Below, piece by piece: positions 32,684 to 42,192 of a DNA stretch of 64,000 nt. Below the pieces are notes generated by a model. That model had not been told where the DNA came from. It did not search any database and saw only the letters and a list, made by a program, of their open reading frames with translations. Position 1 is the stretch's first letter. Each line of letters begins with the position of its first letter. Both the position numbers and the translations under genes were made by a program. Location of the stretch: positions 124,001-188,000 of IMG/VR virus record IMGVR_UViG_3300042889_001503. One strand, written 5' to 3'.

Positions 32684-32899
32684 ATGGACGATTTATTACA
32701 ACCAAAGATTGATTTAAAAAAACAACCTACATTAGTATGTGAGGAGTGTGACAGTATCTACTTCAAAGAAGTTGTTATGATAAAAAAAGTTAACAAATTG
32801 TTAACAGGAAGTTCGGAAGACACTATAGTTCCGTTCCCAACATACAGATGTGATGATTGTGGTCACGTAAATGTGGAATTTAAATTATTTGATAAGTAA
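32684..32899 (+). CDS. Small Zn-ribbon protein
   Basis: CEEC...CDDCGH. Confidence 0.7.
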   Translation: MDDLLQPKIDLKKQPTLVCEECDSIYFKEVVMIKKVNKLLTGSSEDTIVPFPTYRCDDCGHVNVEFKLFDK

Positions 32900-33120
32900 T
32901 GATTACTGAAAGAACTTTTGATACAAATGATTTAAATTGGATTGCCAACTCATTAAAAGAAAATGTTGGGAGAATGAACTATACCGGTGACTTGAGTGAC
33001 TGTGGTAATGAGATTGGAATTATAGTTGGATATAAATATAAGAATATGACTGAAGATGAAACTCAAGATTTTATTTCAGGTATTAAACACGGAATTTCAT
33101 TAACAAATGGGACTCACTAA
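32899..33120 (+). CDS. Hypothetical protein
   Basis: TAATG coupling with the upstream gene. Confidence 0.6.
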   Translation: MITERTFDTNDLNWIANSLKENVGRMNYTGDLSDCGNEIGIIVGYKYKNMTEDETQDFISGIKHGISLTNGTH

Positions 33121-33130
33121 TAAAAAAAAT

Positions 33131-33919
33131 ATGATTAAAAAAATAGTCCACTTCAGTGACTTACATATAAGATTATTCAAAGACCACGACCTTTATAGGT
33201 TAATTTTGAATGATATGTTGGAACAATTTAGAGATATTAAACCTTGTAGAATCGTGTTTTCGGGAGACCTAGTTCATTCCAAGAACCAAATGACACCTGA
33301 ACTTATTGAGTTCGTTGCTTGGATTCTTACGGAGTGTTCTCAGATTGCCAAAACTATTGTTATAATTGGAAACCATGATTTTTTGGAGAGTAATTCATCA
33401 AGATTGGACGCTCTTACACCGGTAATTGATTCGTTAAAGGACGACAACATCGTTTATTTGAAGAATAGAGGTGAATACGAGGATGATAATGTTGATTGGG
33501 TGGTGTATTCATTACTTGACCATAACATTCCGCCTGAGATTGAAAAAACGGGTAGATTAAAGATTGGATTGTTCCACGGACCAGTTCAGGGATTAACAAC
33601 CGATATCGGATATAAGTTTGAAACCGGATTTGAAACTGATAAGTTTGATGGTTGTGACTTGGTATTATGTGGTGATATTCACAAAAGACAAATCTTTAAC
33701 ATTCCGGGAGGAAAGAAAGCATATATGGTGGGTTCAACAATCCAACAGAACTATGGGGAGACAATAACCAAACACGGATTTGGAATTTACAATTTAGAAT
33801 CTGATGAATATTCATTTGTTGATTTAGATAATCCAAAACCTTTCTTATCATTTAAGATGAAATCATTTGATGATATAATTAATGGAACTGAAAAATTAAT
33901 TAATTATGGGAAATCTTAG
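33131..33919 (+). CDS. Mre11/SbcD/gp47-like metallophosphoesterase nuclease subunit (short form)
   Basis: SDLH, SGDLVH, IGNHD, LFHG, GDIHKRQ, GSTIQQNYGE. Start 33131 is preferred to 33107. Confidence 0.85.
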   Translation: MIKKIVHFSDLHIRLFKDHDLYRLILNDMLEQFRDIKPCRIVFSGDLVHSKNQMTPELIEFVAWILTECSQIAKTIVIIGNHDFLESNSSRLDALTPVIDSLKDDNIVYLKNRGEYEDDNVDWVVYSLLDHNIPPEIEKTGRLKIGLFHGPVQGLTTDIGYKFETGFETDKFDGCDLVLCGDIHKRQIFNIPGGKKAYMVGSTIQQNYGETITKHGFGIYNLESDEYSFVDLDNPKPFLSFKMKSFDDIINGTEKLINYGKS

Positions 33920-34163
33920 TGACAAATACACCAACGAAGAGTGGGATGAAATGGAGAATCAGATTAAAAGAGATAGATTATTGGGAAAACCGCAACACGG
34001 ACATATTACGGTTTGGGTGGATAAATTGACTATTAAACAATTAAAAAAACTTAAAAAGAAGTTAAAGAAATGTGGTATTGATAGTCACGATTGTTCCAAA
34101 GTTGACCAATGGATAACGTATAATGAAAACAAAGAACGTGTCACAAATAAAACTAACGGCTAG
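33906..34163 (+). CDS. Hypothetical protein
   Basis: ORF in operon. Confidence 0.55.
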   Translation: MGNLSDKYTNEEWDEMENQIKRDRLLGKPQHGHITVWVDKLTIKQLKKLKKKLKKCGIDSHDCSKVDQWITYNENKERVTNKTNG

Positions 34164-34731
34164 TCAATTAAGTAGCGTCAACGAGTATTGTAAATTAAAT
34201 AATATTGAGGATGTGGACAAGTTCATAACCAAATGTTATACCGAAGGGTTTAACATTACGAAATATGGGTTACTTGGTGATGATTTGGGAAAAACGGGTA
34301 TTGTTGGTGAAAAACAGGTAGAAATTGAAGTAATCCGTGAAATACGGGTTGAAGTTCCGGTTGAAGTTATCAAAGAGATTGAGGTAATTAAAGAAATAAT
34401 CCGAGAAGTTGAGGTTATTAAATATGTTGATAAAGAAGTTATCAAAGAAGTGAGGGTGGAAATCCCTGTCACAAATTTAGACAACATTTGTGACAAACCT
34501 GAACCAATAATTATTGAGAGAATAATTGAAGTCGAGAAGATTGTTGAGATAGAAAAATCAAATGATAAGACATTACTTCTTCAAGAAACTTTACAGAAAC
34601 TTAGAAAAGAACTATCTTTAAAGAACACAAGGATTGAAGACCTTGAAAAAATAAATAAACAATTGGAATCTGTTAAAGTTAGTCAAGGGGCTATTTTTAT
34701 GAAAGGTTCTAACTTAAACGAAATGATGTAA
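34123..34731 (+). CDS. Hypothetical protein with V/E/I/K repeats and coiled coil
   Basis: EVIREIRVEVPVEVIKEIEVIKE repeats. Confidence 0.65.
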   Translation: MKTKNVSQIKLTASQLSSVNEYCKLNNIEDVDKFITKCYTEGFNITKYGLLGDDLGKTGIVGEKQVEIEVIREIRVEVPVEVIKEIEVIKEIIREVEVIKYVDKEVIKEVRVEIPVTNLDNICDKPEPIIIERIIEVEKIVEIEKSNDKTLLLQETLQKLRKELSLKNTRIEDLEKINKQLESVKVSQGAIFMKGSNLNEMM

Positions 34732-34732
34732 T

Positions 34733-35083
34733 ATGATTAACATTTTAACTTGGTTCATCTTAAGCTACGGGCTTATGAATATTATGGTTTACGGGTCAAT
34801 CTTTCAGGGATTCAGAGATTTCTTCCAAAAATGGGGAAATAATAAATTATTACCATTTAATGGTATTGCTAACTTTATCTCGGGTATAATAACTTGTCCG
34901 ATGTGTTTTAGTTTTCACGGAGGTTGGTTTTTATCATTAACCGTATTTTCACCAACATTTGTATTGTTTGGTACACCAATATGGATTAGTTGGTTCTTTG
35001 ATGGAATTCTATCATCTGGAGCGGTATGGGCAATCAATGCAATAATTGAATGGTTTGAAGAAAATAAACCATCAAAAAATTAA
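34733..35083 (+). CDS. Small membrane protein, DUF1360-like
   Basis: Three hydrophobic segments with 'IITCPMCFSFH.GW'. Confidence 0.55.
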   Translation: MINILTWFILSYGLMNIMVYGSIFQGFRDFFQKWGNNKLLPFNGIANFISGIITCPMCFSFHGGWFLSLTVFSPTFVLFGTPIWISWFFDGILSSGAVWAINAIIEWFEENKPSKN

Positions 35084-35086
35084 AAT

Positions 35087-35719
35087 ATGGAAACTAAATT
35101 AGGTGATTTTGTTATTAAGTTTTTACAAAATAAAACAGAGACAAGAAAGATTATTAAGTGTGATGACTTTTTTCAGTTAATAAATGATATGGGTATTACT
35201 GATGATAGTGATGAAATTATAAGTATTATAAATTATTTGGAAGATAATGATACAGATATAAATTTTCATAAAGCTAACACTCAAGATTATTATAATAGGT
35301 TTAGAAATATTGAACGAAAAGTTCAGATGTCTAAAATGTTAATAGGTTCTAAAACTGAAGTTCAAAAAATGATTGAGAAGGTTGAAAGTATTAAAATTGA
35401 AGAGAGACCGGATTGGTTGGATTATTATAAAAATGAGGATGATGAAGATGAAACAAATGTTAATGGTAAGCCAACATCGGATAGAGATAAAAATTTGGGT
35501 CAAGACATTATTGACAGATTGACTAATGAGATTAAAGAAAAAATTGAGAATGAACCGGGAATGACTTTAGATGAAATCCGAATAGAAATTAATGATGAAA
35601 TGAATGTTATGAATACTATTCGTCAGGGTTTTGGTATGACTAATGAAATGTTAGAACAATTAAGAAATGCTCCGGATATTACTGAAGAACAAATAAATGA
35701 AATTAGAAATAACAATTAA
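35087..35719 (+). CDS. Hypothetical acidic protein
   Basis: ORF in operon. Confidence 0.6.
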   Translation: METKLGDFVIKFLQNKTETRKIIKCDDFFQLINDMGITDDSDEIISIINYLEDNDTDINFHKANTQDYYNRFRNIERKVQMSKMLIGSKTEVQKMIEKVESIKIEERPDWLDYYKNEDDEDETNVNGKPTSDRDKNLGQDIIDRLTNEIKEKIENEPGMTLDEIRIEINDEMNVMNTIRQGFGMTNEMLEQLRNAPDITEEQINEIRNNN

Positions 35720-35731
35720 ATAAAAACAATT

Positions 35732-35989
35732 ATGCCAAAGTCAAAATTACGTGGTGGAGCAAAAGCTCACAAAAAAAGAGTTACATTAAGAAATCAAAAC
35801 CTTAATGGATTAAGAAAGAAAGCTCAAGCAGAGTATACTGAAATGTTTGAGAAACAAATGGAAGAGTTGAAAGCTCAATACCAAAATGAAAATGGTGAAA
35901 CAACTGAATTAAATACTGAGGTTCTTGGTGACGTTAATGAGGTTAATGTAACAGATGCTGAAGTAATAACTCCTGATGTTGAGAACTAA
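35732..35989 (+). CDS. Hypothetical protein, basic N-terminus and acidic C-terminus
   Basis: MPKSKLRGGAKAHKKR...; A-rich upstream region. Confidence 0.65.
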   Translation: MPKSKLRGGAKAHKKRVTLRNQNLNGLRKKAQAEYTEMFEKQMEELKAQYQNENGETTELNTEVLGDVNEVNVTDAEVITPDVEN

Positions 35990-36488
35990 GATAGTATCTG
36001 CGTTTCCTGGTGTTGGAAAAACAACGTATCATAAAAACAACACAGGGACTACATTGGATTCGGATTCAAGTAATTTCAGTTGGGTTGTTAATGAGAATGG
36101 AGAAAAGGTAAGAAATCCTGAGTTTCCACAGAACTACATTACCCATATTAAAAATTGTATAGGTAAATATAAATACATTTTTGTGTCATCACATAAAGAA
36201 GTTAGAGACGCATTATTAGATAATTGTCTTTTCTTTTATTTAGTTTATCCGGATGACAATAGAAAAGAGGAATTTATCCAACGATACCGAGATAGAGGTA
36301 ATGACGAGAACTTTATTAAGTTGGTTGATTCCAAATGGGAAGAGTGGATGTCTGAGTTCTATTGGATGGGTAGAGGTTGTGAGAAACTTACTGCGTATGA
36401 TGGTTGGAATTTAGATACTGTATTGGAGGCTCAAGAAAGAAGAGACGGTGGTGAAGTCATTCAAGAAGACGTAGAAGAACTGAACTAA
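35976..36488 (+). CDS. P-loop nucleotide-kinase-like protein
   Basis: SAFPGVGKT Walker A, LDSDSS, R..RG lid-like segment. Confidence 0.7.
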   Translation: MLRTKIVSAFPGVGKTTYHKNNTGTTLDSDSSNFSWVVNENGEKVRNPEFPQNYITHIKNCIGKYKYIFVSSHKEVRDALLDNCLFFYLVYPDDNRKEEFIQRYRDRGNDENFIKLVDSKWEEWMSEFYWMGRGCEKLTAYDGWNLDTVLEAQERRDGGEVIQEDVEELN

Positions 36489-36493
36489 AACAA

Positions 36494-36670
36494 ATGGAGA
36501 AGTTAAATGAAGAATATATTGAGGTGATTAATCAAATGAGGGTCTTAAACAAGAAACGAAAAGAAATCTTTGATAAATATAAAGACATTGAGCCCAATGC
36601 TGAACCGGTAATTATGAGAACACCAACATTTTATCACGATTTATTCGGGAATGATTTAGACAAAAAATAA
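36494..36670 (+). CDS. Small hypothetical protein (58 aa, not in ORF track)
   Basis: MEKLNEEYIEVINQMRVLNKKRKEIFDKYKDIEPNAEPVIMRTPTFYHDLFGNDLDKK fills the gap exactly. Confidence 0.6.
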   Translation: MEKLNEEYIEVINQMRVLNKKRKEIFDKYKDIEPNAEPVIMRTPTFYHDLFGNDLDKK

Positions 36671-36671
36671 A

Positions 36672-39038
36672 ATGGATTTATTTAATCCCCCACCACAATT
36701 TAATTACACAATAATGGAAGATTTAGATATTGTAAACTTGGATAATCCTTACCTACAGGTTGTATGGGAGGATTATGCTGAGAATTTTACACAAGAAAAA
36801 ATAAAGAGTGTTCGTCATTACTTTCAAAAGAAGTATAACACAACCAACGTCAACGTAATCACGAAGACAAAGGTTGCTGACGACACCACACATACCGTAG
36901 ACATATCATTTAACATTTTGGATGAGAACTATCAATTAGAGTTAGTTCGTTCATTCTTGGAGTCAAAAGGGAATATGGAACACTACGATGATATCTACCA
37001 ACTTAATAGTATTGTGGATAACAAATTGTTACAGGACCAAACCGATGCCACTCCGTTTAAGAGATGGTATATCAAAAACATTGAGTTCTCAAACTTTTTA
37101 TCCTATGGTGAGAATCAGAAGATAGATTTTGAGAAGTGTGATGGGATTACGGTTGTGGAGTCAAACCCACCTAACTTTGGGGGTAAGACAGTTCTTACTG
37201 TTGATTTACTTATGTTCTTATTCTTTAATGAGACAACCAAGACATCAAAGGCGGAGGAAATATTCAACAGGTTTACAGAGAGAAACAAAGTCGCCGTAAA
37301 AGGTGAGATTACAATCGATGGTGAGGAGTATATCATATTGAGAAATATTGAGAGAAAGTTATCAAAGAAAAATGAATGGACGGTTAAGACCGAGTTGGAC
37401 TTCTATAAAAGATTGTCTGATGGTAGTTTGCAGAACTTCACCGGAGAACAACGAAGAGAGACCGAGGCGTTTATCAAAACATCTATCGGGACCAAAGAGG
37501 ACTTCTTAATGACCATCCTAACAACTGCCACCAACTTGGAAGAACTAATAGATGCCAAACCTACGGCGAGGGGTCAAGTTCTTTCAAGGTTTATGGGGTT
37601 GGATTTTCTTAAACGAAAGGAAGAAGCTGCCAAAGAAATTTATAGTGACTTCTCCAAAGGAATGTTATCAAACATCTATAACTCTGAAGAACTTAAAACA
37701 GATAACCAAACTAGTCAAGAAACGATTGATACTCTAACGGAGAGTAATCTTACGTTAGATACTCAATTGGAAGATGCTAAAGCAAGAATCCTTAAGGGTC
37801 AGGAGTATCGTGATGGATTGTTAAAATCCAAACACAATATTGATAGAGATTTAACATTGGTATCACCGGATAAAGTCCAAGAGGAAATTAATGGGTTGGA
37901 CCTACAGAAATCCAAAGCCATTTCTGACAGAGATGGGGTTAAGGTTGTTGAACCATCCAAATTTTATCACGAGGATAAACACGATGAGGTAAAACAAGAG
38001 ATTAAGGACTTGATTACCAAACAAGCGGAGAACAACGCCAAGATTAAAAATATTGAAGAACTTAAGAGTTCGGTTGATGGTGGAATCAAATGTGAACATT
38101 GTGGTATTGAACTAATGAATGCGGCAATTACCAACGCAAAAATTGGTGGACTTGCCGGTTTTATCACGCACAAAGTCGAATTAGAGGGGTTAATGCAGGA
38201 TTTAACCATCAAAGAGTTAAGTTTTGTTAATCTTAAAAAAGAGTTTGATGAGTATGAGAAAAACAAACTTATCAAAGAGAAATATGAATTAAGTGTAGAA
38301 CGTTTCCAATTGATGATTGATGCGTTAAAAACCAAATTGGAAAGATACTCTGAAGTTCAGGATAAGATTATTGAAAACAACAAGACAGATGGATTGTTAA
38401 TTAAAGCGGGGATTAGAATTGATGAACTTGAGGGTGAGAAGAAAACTATTGAAACTAGTATCTCAAACAATAAGTTTACAATGACTAACCTGACTACCAA
38501 GATAACTTCTAACTTGGAAACAATTAGAAAGATTGCGGAAGAGGCGGAGAGAGAAAGAGTCTACAAAATCTATTTGGAAATCTTTGGTAAGAATGGTGTG
38601 ACCAAACTTATAATGAAGACGATGATGCCACTTATTAATAGCGAACTTCAAAGACTATTGGAAGATAGTTGTCACTTTAGATTAGAGGTTAAGATTAATG
38701 ATAAGAATGAGGTTGACTTCCTTATGATAGACAACAACACTCAGGTTGAGAAACCGATGGCATCCGGTTCCGGGTATGAGAGAAGTATCGCTTCACTAGC
38801 GTTGAGAGCCGTGTTGAGTAAGATATGTTCATTACCAAGAGCAAATGTTGTTGTATTTGATGAGGTGTTCGGAAAGATGTCCAACGACAACTTGGAGATG
38901 GTGTCAGAATTCTTTAATAAGATTAAAGAATATTTTGAGAAAATATTTGTAATCACACACAACCCATTAGTAACAAATTGGGCGGATAATGTAGTGAGAA
39001 TTAGAAAAGAAGAAAATATTAGTTATGTTTCCCAATAA
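36672..39038 (+). CDS. Rad50/SbcC/gp46-like SMC ATPase with about 125 aa N-terminal extension
   Basis: IKNIEFSNFLSYG, atypical Walker A PPNFGGKT, coiled coil, Zn hook CEHC, SGSGYE signature, VVVFDE, ITHN. Confidence 0.9.
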   Translation: MDLFNPPPQFNYTIMEDLDIVNLDNPYLQVVWEDYAENFTQEKIKSVRHYFQKKYNTTNVNVITKTKVADDTTHTVDISFNILDENYQLELVRSFLESKGNMEHYDDIYQLNSIVDNKLLQDQTDATPFKRWYIKNIEFSNFLSYGENQKIDFEKCDGITVVESNPPNFGGKTVLTVDLLMFLFFNETTKTSKAEEIFNRFTERNKVAVKGEITIDGEEYIILRNIERKLSKKNEWTVKTELDFYKRLSDGSLQNFTGEQRRETEAFIKTSIGTKEDFLMTILTTATNLEELIDAKPTARGQVLSRFMGLDFLKRKEEAAKEIYSDFSKGMLSNIYNSEELKTDNQTSQETIDTLTESNLTLDTQLEDAKARILKGQEYRDGLLKSKHNIDRDLTLVSPDKVQEEINGLDLQKSKAISDRDGVKVVEPSKFYHEDKHDEVKQEIKDLITKQAENNAKIKNIEELKSSVDGGIKCEHCGIELMNAAITNAKIGGLAGFITHKVELEGLMQDLTIKELSFVNLKKEFDEYEKNKLIKEKYELSVERFQLMIDALKTKLERYSEVQDKIIENNKTDGLLIKAGIRIDELEGEKKTIETSISNNKFTMTNLTTKITSNLETIRKIAEEAERERVYKIYLEIFGKNGVTKLIMKTMMPLINSELQRLLEDSCHFRLEVKINDKNEVDFLMIDNNTQVEKPMASGSGYERSIASLALRAVLSKICSLPRANVVVFDEVFGKMSNDNLEMVSEFFNKIKEYFEKIFVITHNPLVTNWADNVVRIRKEENISYVSQ

Positions 39039-39041
39039 AAG

Positions 39042-39072
39042 TTTGGGAAACATAATTTTATTATTATCTTTG
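39042..39072 (+). promoter_or_regulatory. Bacteroidota-type sigma70 promoter
   Basis: TTTG-19 nt-TATCTTTG upstream of 39104 and the sigma gene. Confidence 0.8.
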
Positions 39073-39103
39073 TAACATAATACATAACTTAAACGTATAA
39101 AGT

Positions 39104-39673
39104 ATGAATGGTTTAACCAAATACATTTTATTTGTCTTTGCAAAAAACGACAACCCAAAAGAATTTACAGAACAAATCGCGGAAGAATTGTGTGTTATTT
39201 CTGACACACCAAATCTTAATTTTTATTTTGGACCGGAATCGTCTGTGTTCACAATCTCAACATTGGATTCTCATCAGGATGTGAAAGACTACATTGATAT
39301 GATTTTAGGTGTAGGGGACATTATGTATGTCTTACTACCTTATACGTCTGACAATTTGTCATATGGTTTACCTAAAAAAATATCCGAACACCTTTTTAAC
39401 GATGGGATTAGTGACTTTATGTCAGAAAAATCTAAACTTTCTGATAAAACTGAATTTGAGGTGCGAAAAATGATACAAGATGAGATTAAAGAAAGTTTTA
39501 TGTTAAACATTGACGACTTTGACTTTGATTACGATGAGGAAGATGATATTGAAAAAATTAAAAATAAAACACGTAATCCATCTTTAGACCAATTGTTAGA
39601 TAAAATTAAAGAAAAAGGTTTAAATTCGCTAACAGAAAAAGAATTAACACAATTAAACAAATACTCAAATTAA
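39104..39673 (+). CDS. Hypothetical protein with C-terminal DUF6576-like domain
   Basis: 'LDQLLDKIKEKGLNSLTEKELTQLNKYS' pattern. Confidence 0.6.
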   Translation: MNGLTKYILFVFAKNDNPKEFTEQIAEELCVISDTPNLNFYFGPESSVFTISTLDSHQDVKDYIDMILGVGDIMYVLLPYTSDNLSYGLPKKISEHLFNDGISDFMSEKSKLSDKTEFEVRKMIQDEIKESFMLNIDDFDFDYDEEDDIEKIKNKTRNPSLDQLLDKIKEKGLNSLTEKELTQLNKYSN

Positions 39674-39674
39674 T

Positions 39675-40475
39675 ATGAAAGAAAAGAGCTCAGGTATTCC
39701 AATTAATCAAGAAGAAATAAACCTGTATTTAAAGGACATCCGTAAAATTAAGGTAATGACACCGGAAAGAGAGAAAGAATTATCTAAGATGATTACATCC
39801 GGTACTTTATCCCCAAGGGAGATTGATGAGGTAAACCAAGAACTATTGGAAGGTAACTTACGTTTTGTTATTACCGTGGCAAAACAATATCAAAATCAAG
39901 GATTAGACTTTCCTGACTTAATTGCTGAGGGTAATTTAGGATTAATGAAAGCCATCCAAAATTTTGATTGGTCTAAGAACCTTAGATTTATATCTTACGC
40001 GGTATGGTGGGTTAAACAATCAATCCTTCAGTCATTAAATGATAATGCGAGAACCATCCGACTACCTGTTAATGTGGTTCAGGATTTACATAGAGCCAAG
40101 AAAGCGATTGAATCCAACGGTGGTAAGTTGGAGGACAAGTTTCAAAATCTACCATCAATGGTTTGGTTAGATATGAGTATTAATGAAGATGGGGACACTC
40201 TTGTTGATATTGTTAGAAACGACCAAGCAGATATGCCTGACGAAGTTTTTGATACCAAGGATGAATTAAAAAGACAATTACATTCACTGTTGAATGTTTT
40301 GGATGATAGAGAAAAAGTTATTGTGGGAGACTATTATGGGCTTACCGGGACACCAAGAACTCTTGAAGACATTGGTGGTGACTTTAACCTAACAAAAGAA
40401 CGTGTTAGACAAATTAAAGAGAAAGCCTTACGGAAATTAAGGAATGATAGTTCAATATTATACGATTATATGTAA
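39675..40475 (+). CDS. RNA polymerase sigma70 factor, RpoD-like, Bacteroidota short type lacking region 1.1
   Basis: YLKDI (1.2), NLRFVITVAKQY, DLIAEGNLGL, RFISYAVWWVKQSI, RTIRLPVN, TLEDIG...LTKERVRQIKEKALRKLR. Confidence 0.92.
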   Translation: MKEKSSGIPINQEEINLYLKDIRKIKVMTPEREKELSKMITSGTLSPREIDEVNQELLEGNLRFVITVAKQYQNQGLDFPDLIAEGNLGLMKAIQNFDWSKNLRFISYAVWWVKQSILQSLNDNARTIRLPVNVVQDLHRAKKAIESNGGKLEDKFQNLPSMVWLDMSINEDGDTLVDIVRNDQADMPDEVFDTKDELKRQLHSLLNVLDDREKVIVGDYYGLTGTPRTLEDIGGDFNLTKERVRQIKEKALRKLRNDSSILYDYM

Positions 40476-40484
40476 AAACTTTAC

Positions 40485-40516
40485 AACCTTCTATTTATTA
40501 TGATAGAAGGTTTTTT
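40485..40516 (+). terminator. Intrinsic terminator after the sigma gene, overlapping a TATTTATT motif
   Basis: AACCTTCTAT-ttattatg-ATAGAAGGTT-TTTT. Confidence 0.75.
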
Positions 40517-40546
40517 ACTTTTATGATAAAACTAATACAAAAAATT

Positions 40547-40816
40547 ATGAAAGCAATATTAAATTTTATTGATGCTTGGGGTGTTAGAATAATGTTTTTA
40601 CTTGTGGTAATCATTTTCTTCAAAACCTGTACAACTAACACAAAAATTCAAAATGTTAACGATAGTGTTGATTCATTATCGGTTAAACTTATTAAAGAAA
40701 TAAAGATTGAAGGTCTTAAATCAGAGAAAAGAGCTATTCAAGCGTCAGATAGAAAAATATTAGATGTTAATAGACAAACTGAGATTGACCAAGAAATATC
40801 TAAATTAGAAAAATAA
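40547..40816 (+). CDS. Small single-TM membrane protein with coiled coil
   Basis: IMFLLVVIIFF TM segment; alternative start at 40523. Confidence 0.6.
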   Translation: MKAILNFIDAWGVRIMFLLVVIIFFKTCTTNTKIQNVNDSVDSLSVKLIKEIKIEGLKSEKRAIQASDRKILDVNRQTEIDQEISKLEK

Positions 40817-41577
40817 TGAAGAAAATATGGAATTGGGTTATTGAACACCCAAATAGAGCAATGTTCTTAGTCCCAATTTTATTGGTTGCGGGAATATCAA
40901 TATCACACGTTGTTTCTTGGTATAATTTAGCCAACCCAATAAGTTGGGCAATTTACTTATCGATAGCTATTGAGATTGGTGCTATGACAGCATTGGTTGC
41001 CGCTACCAACAAAATTAAAGGTGGTGTGTGGTTTATGTTTGGATTAATAACATTCATCCAAATGATTGGTAATATCTTTTTCTGTTATAAAGAAATTGAT
41101 GAAACAGGTGAATTATTTAAATCTTGGATGGAATTAACCGGACCGGTATGGGAAATGTTAGGTTCAAAAGCTAATGATGTTATTACGATGAAAAGATGGT
41201 TAGCGTTTTTAGAAGGTGGGTTACTTCCAATTATTTCATTGACTTCTTTACATTTCTTCACCAAATACGATGATGGTAAAACTGATAAGGAAGAGGTAAA
41301 AGAGATAATTAAAGAAGTTATTGTAGAAAAAGAGGTAATTAAAGAAGTTCCGGTAGAAGTTGAAAAAATTGTTGAGGTTGAAAAAATTGTTGAGGTTGAA
41401 AAAATTGTTGAGGTTGAAAAAATAGTTGAGGTTGAGAAAATAGTTGAGGTTGAGAAAATAGTTGAAATTCCAGTTTATCAATCAGAATCTATTGATATAA
41501 AAGATGAATATGTTAGTCCGGGAATGGACACACACGAACCACCACGTCCAAATAGGTTAAGTTACGTTAAACCATAA
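40816..41577 (+). CDS. Multi-pass membrane protein with C-terminal (VEKIVE)n repeat
   Basis: Four hydrophobic segments; repeat tail. Confidence 0.7.
   Translation: MKKIWNWVIEHPNRAMFLVPILLVAGISISHVVSWYNLANPISWAIYLSIAIEIGAMTALVAATNKIKGGVWFMFGLITFIQMIGNIFFCYKEIDETGELFKSWMELTGPVWEMLGSKANDVITMKRWLAFLEGGLLPIISLTSLHFFTKYDDGKTDKEEVKEIIKEVIVEKEVIKEVPVEVEKIVEVEKIVEVEKIVEVEKIVEVEKIVEVEKIVEIPVYQSESIDIKDEYVSPGMDTHEPPRPNRLSYVKP
41359..41466 (+). repeat. 18-bp tandem repeat x6 (VEKIVE)
   Basis: gttgaRaaaatWgttgag units. Confidence 0.95.
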
Positions 41578-41595
41578 AACATTAATCTATATGGA

Positions 41596-42192
41596 ATGAT
41601 AGACATAATTAAATATGGTGAATTCAAACCTGTTGGAAAACAAAAAAAGAAACACCAAATAATACTTACACACACATCAAGAAACATCAACGACTATCTT
41701 CAGTCGTTGAAGTTTCGTTTTAACGGGGGTTTTAAAAGAATTCCTAACTACATTATTACCCGGGAGGGTAAAATTATACAATTATTGGGAAACACCGAAC
41801 ACTCGGAATACTTCAAAGACCCCAATATAAATCGTAATTCAATTATCATATCATTAGAAAATTTAGGGTGGTTACAAAAAGAACCACTAACTGACCATTA
41901 CATTAACTGGATTGGGGATATTTATAAGGGTAGCGTGTTTGAAAAAAAGTGGAGAGATTACTTTTTTTGGCAACCATATACTGAAACTCAAGTTGATAAT
42001 CTTGGGTTATTATGTAAGGAATTGTTTGAAAGTGTAAAGATTAAATCACAAATTGTTGAACATAACACAAAAATAAGCGGGATTGAAAAATATTGTGGGA
42101 TTGTAACTAAAAGTAATTTTGGTGTTGATTATACCGATGTTAGTCCGGCATTTAAATTTAATGAACTTTTAAAAAAAATAGAAAATGAATAA
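41596..42192 (+). CDS. N-acetylmuramoyl-L-alanine amidase (Amidase_2)-like protein, possibly degenerate
   Basis: IILTHT, NYIITREGKIIQL, NRNSIIISLEN, YTETQ..L, DVSPAF. Confidence 0.7.
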   Translation: MIDIIKYGEFKPVGKQKKKHQIILTHTSRNINDYLQSLKFRFNGGFKRIPNYIITREGKIIQLLGNTEHSEYFKDPNINRNSIIISLENLGWLQKEPLTDHYINWIGDIYKGSVFEKKWRDYFFWQPYTETQVDNLGLLCKELFESVKIKSQIVEHNTKISGIEKYCGIVTKSNFGVDYTDVSPAFKFNELLKKIENE

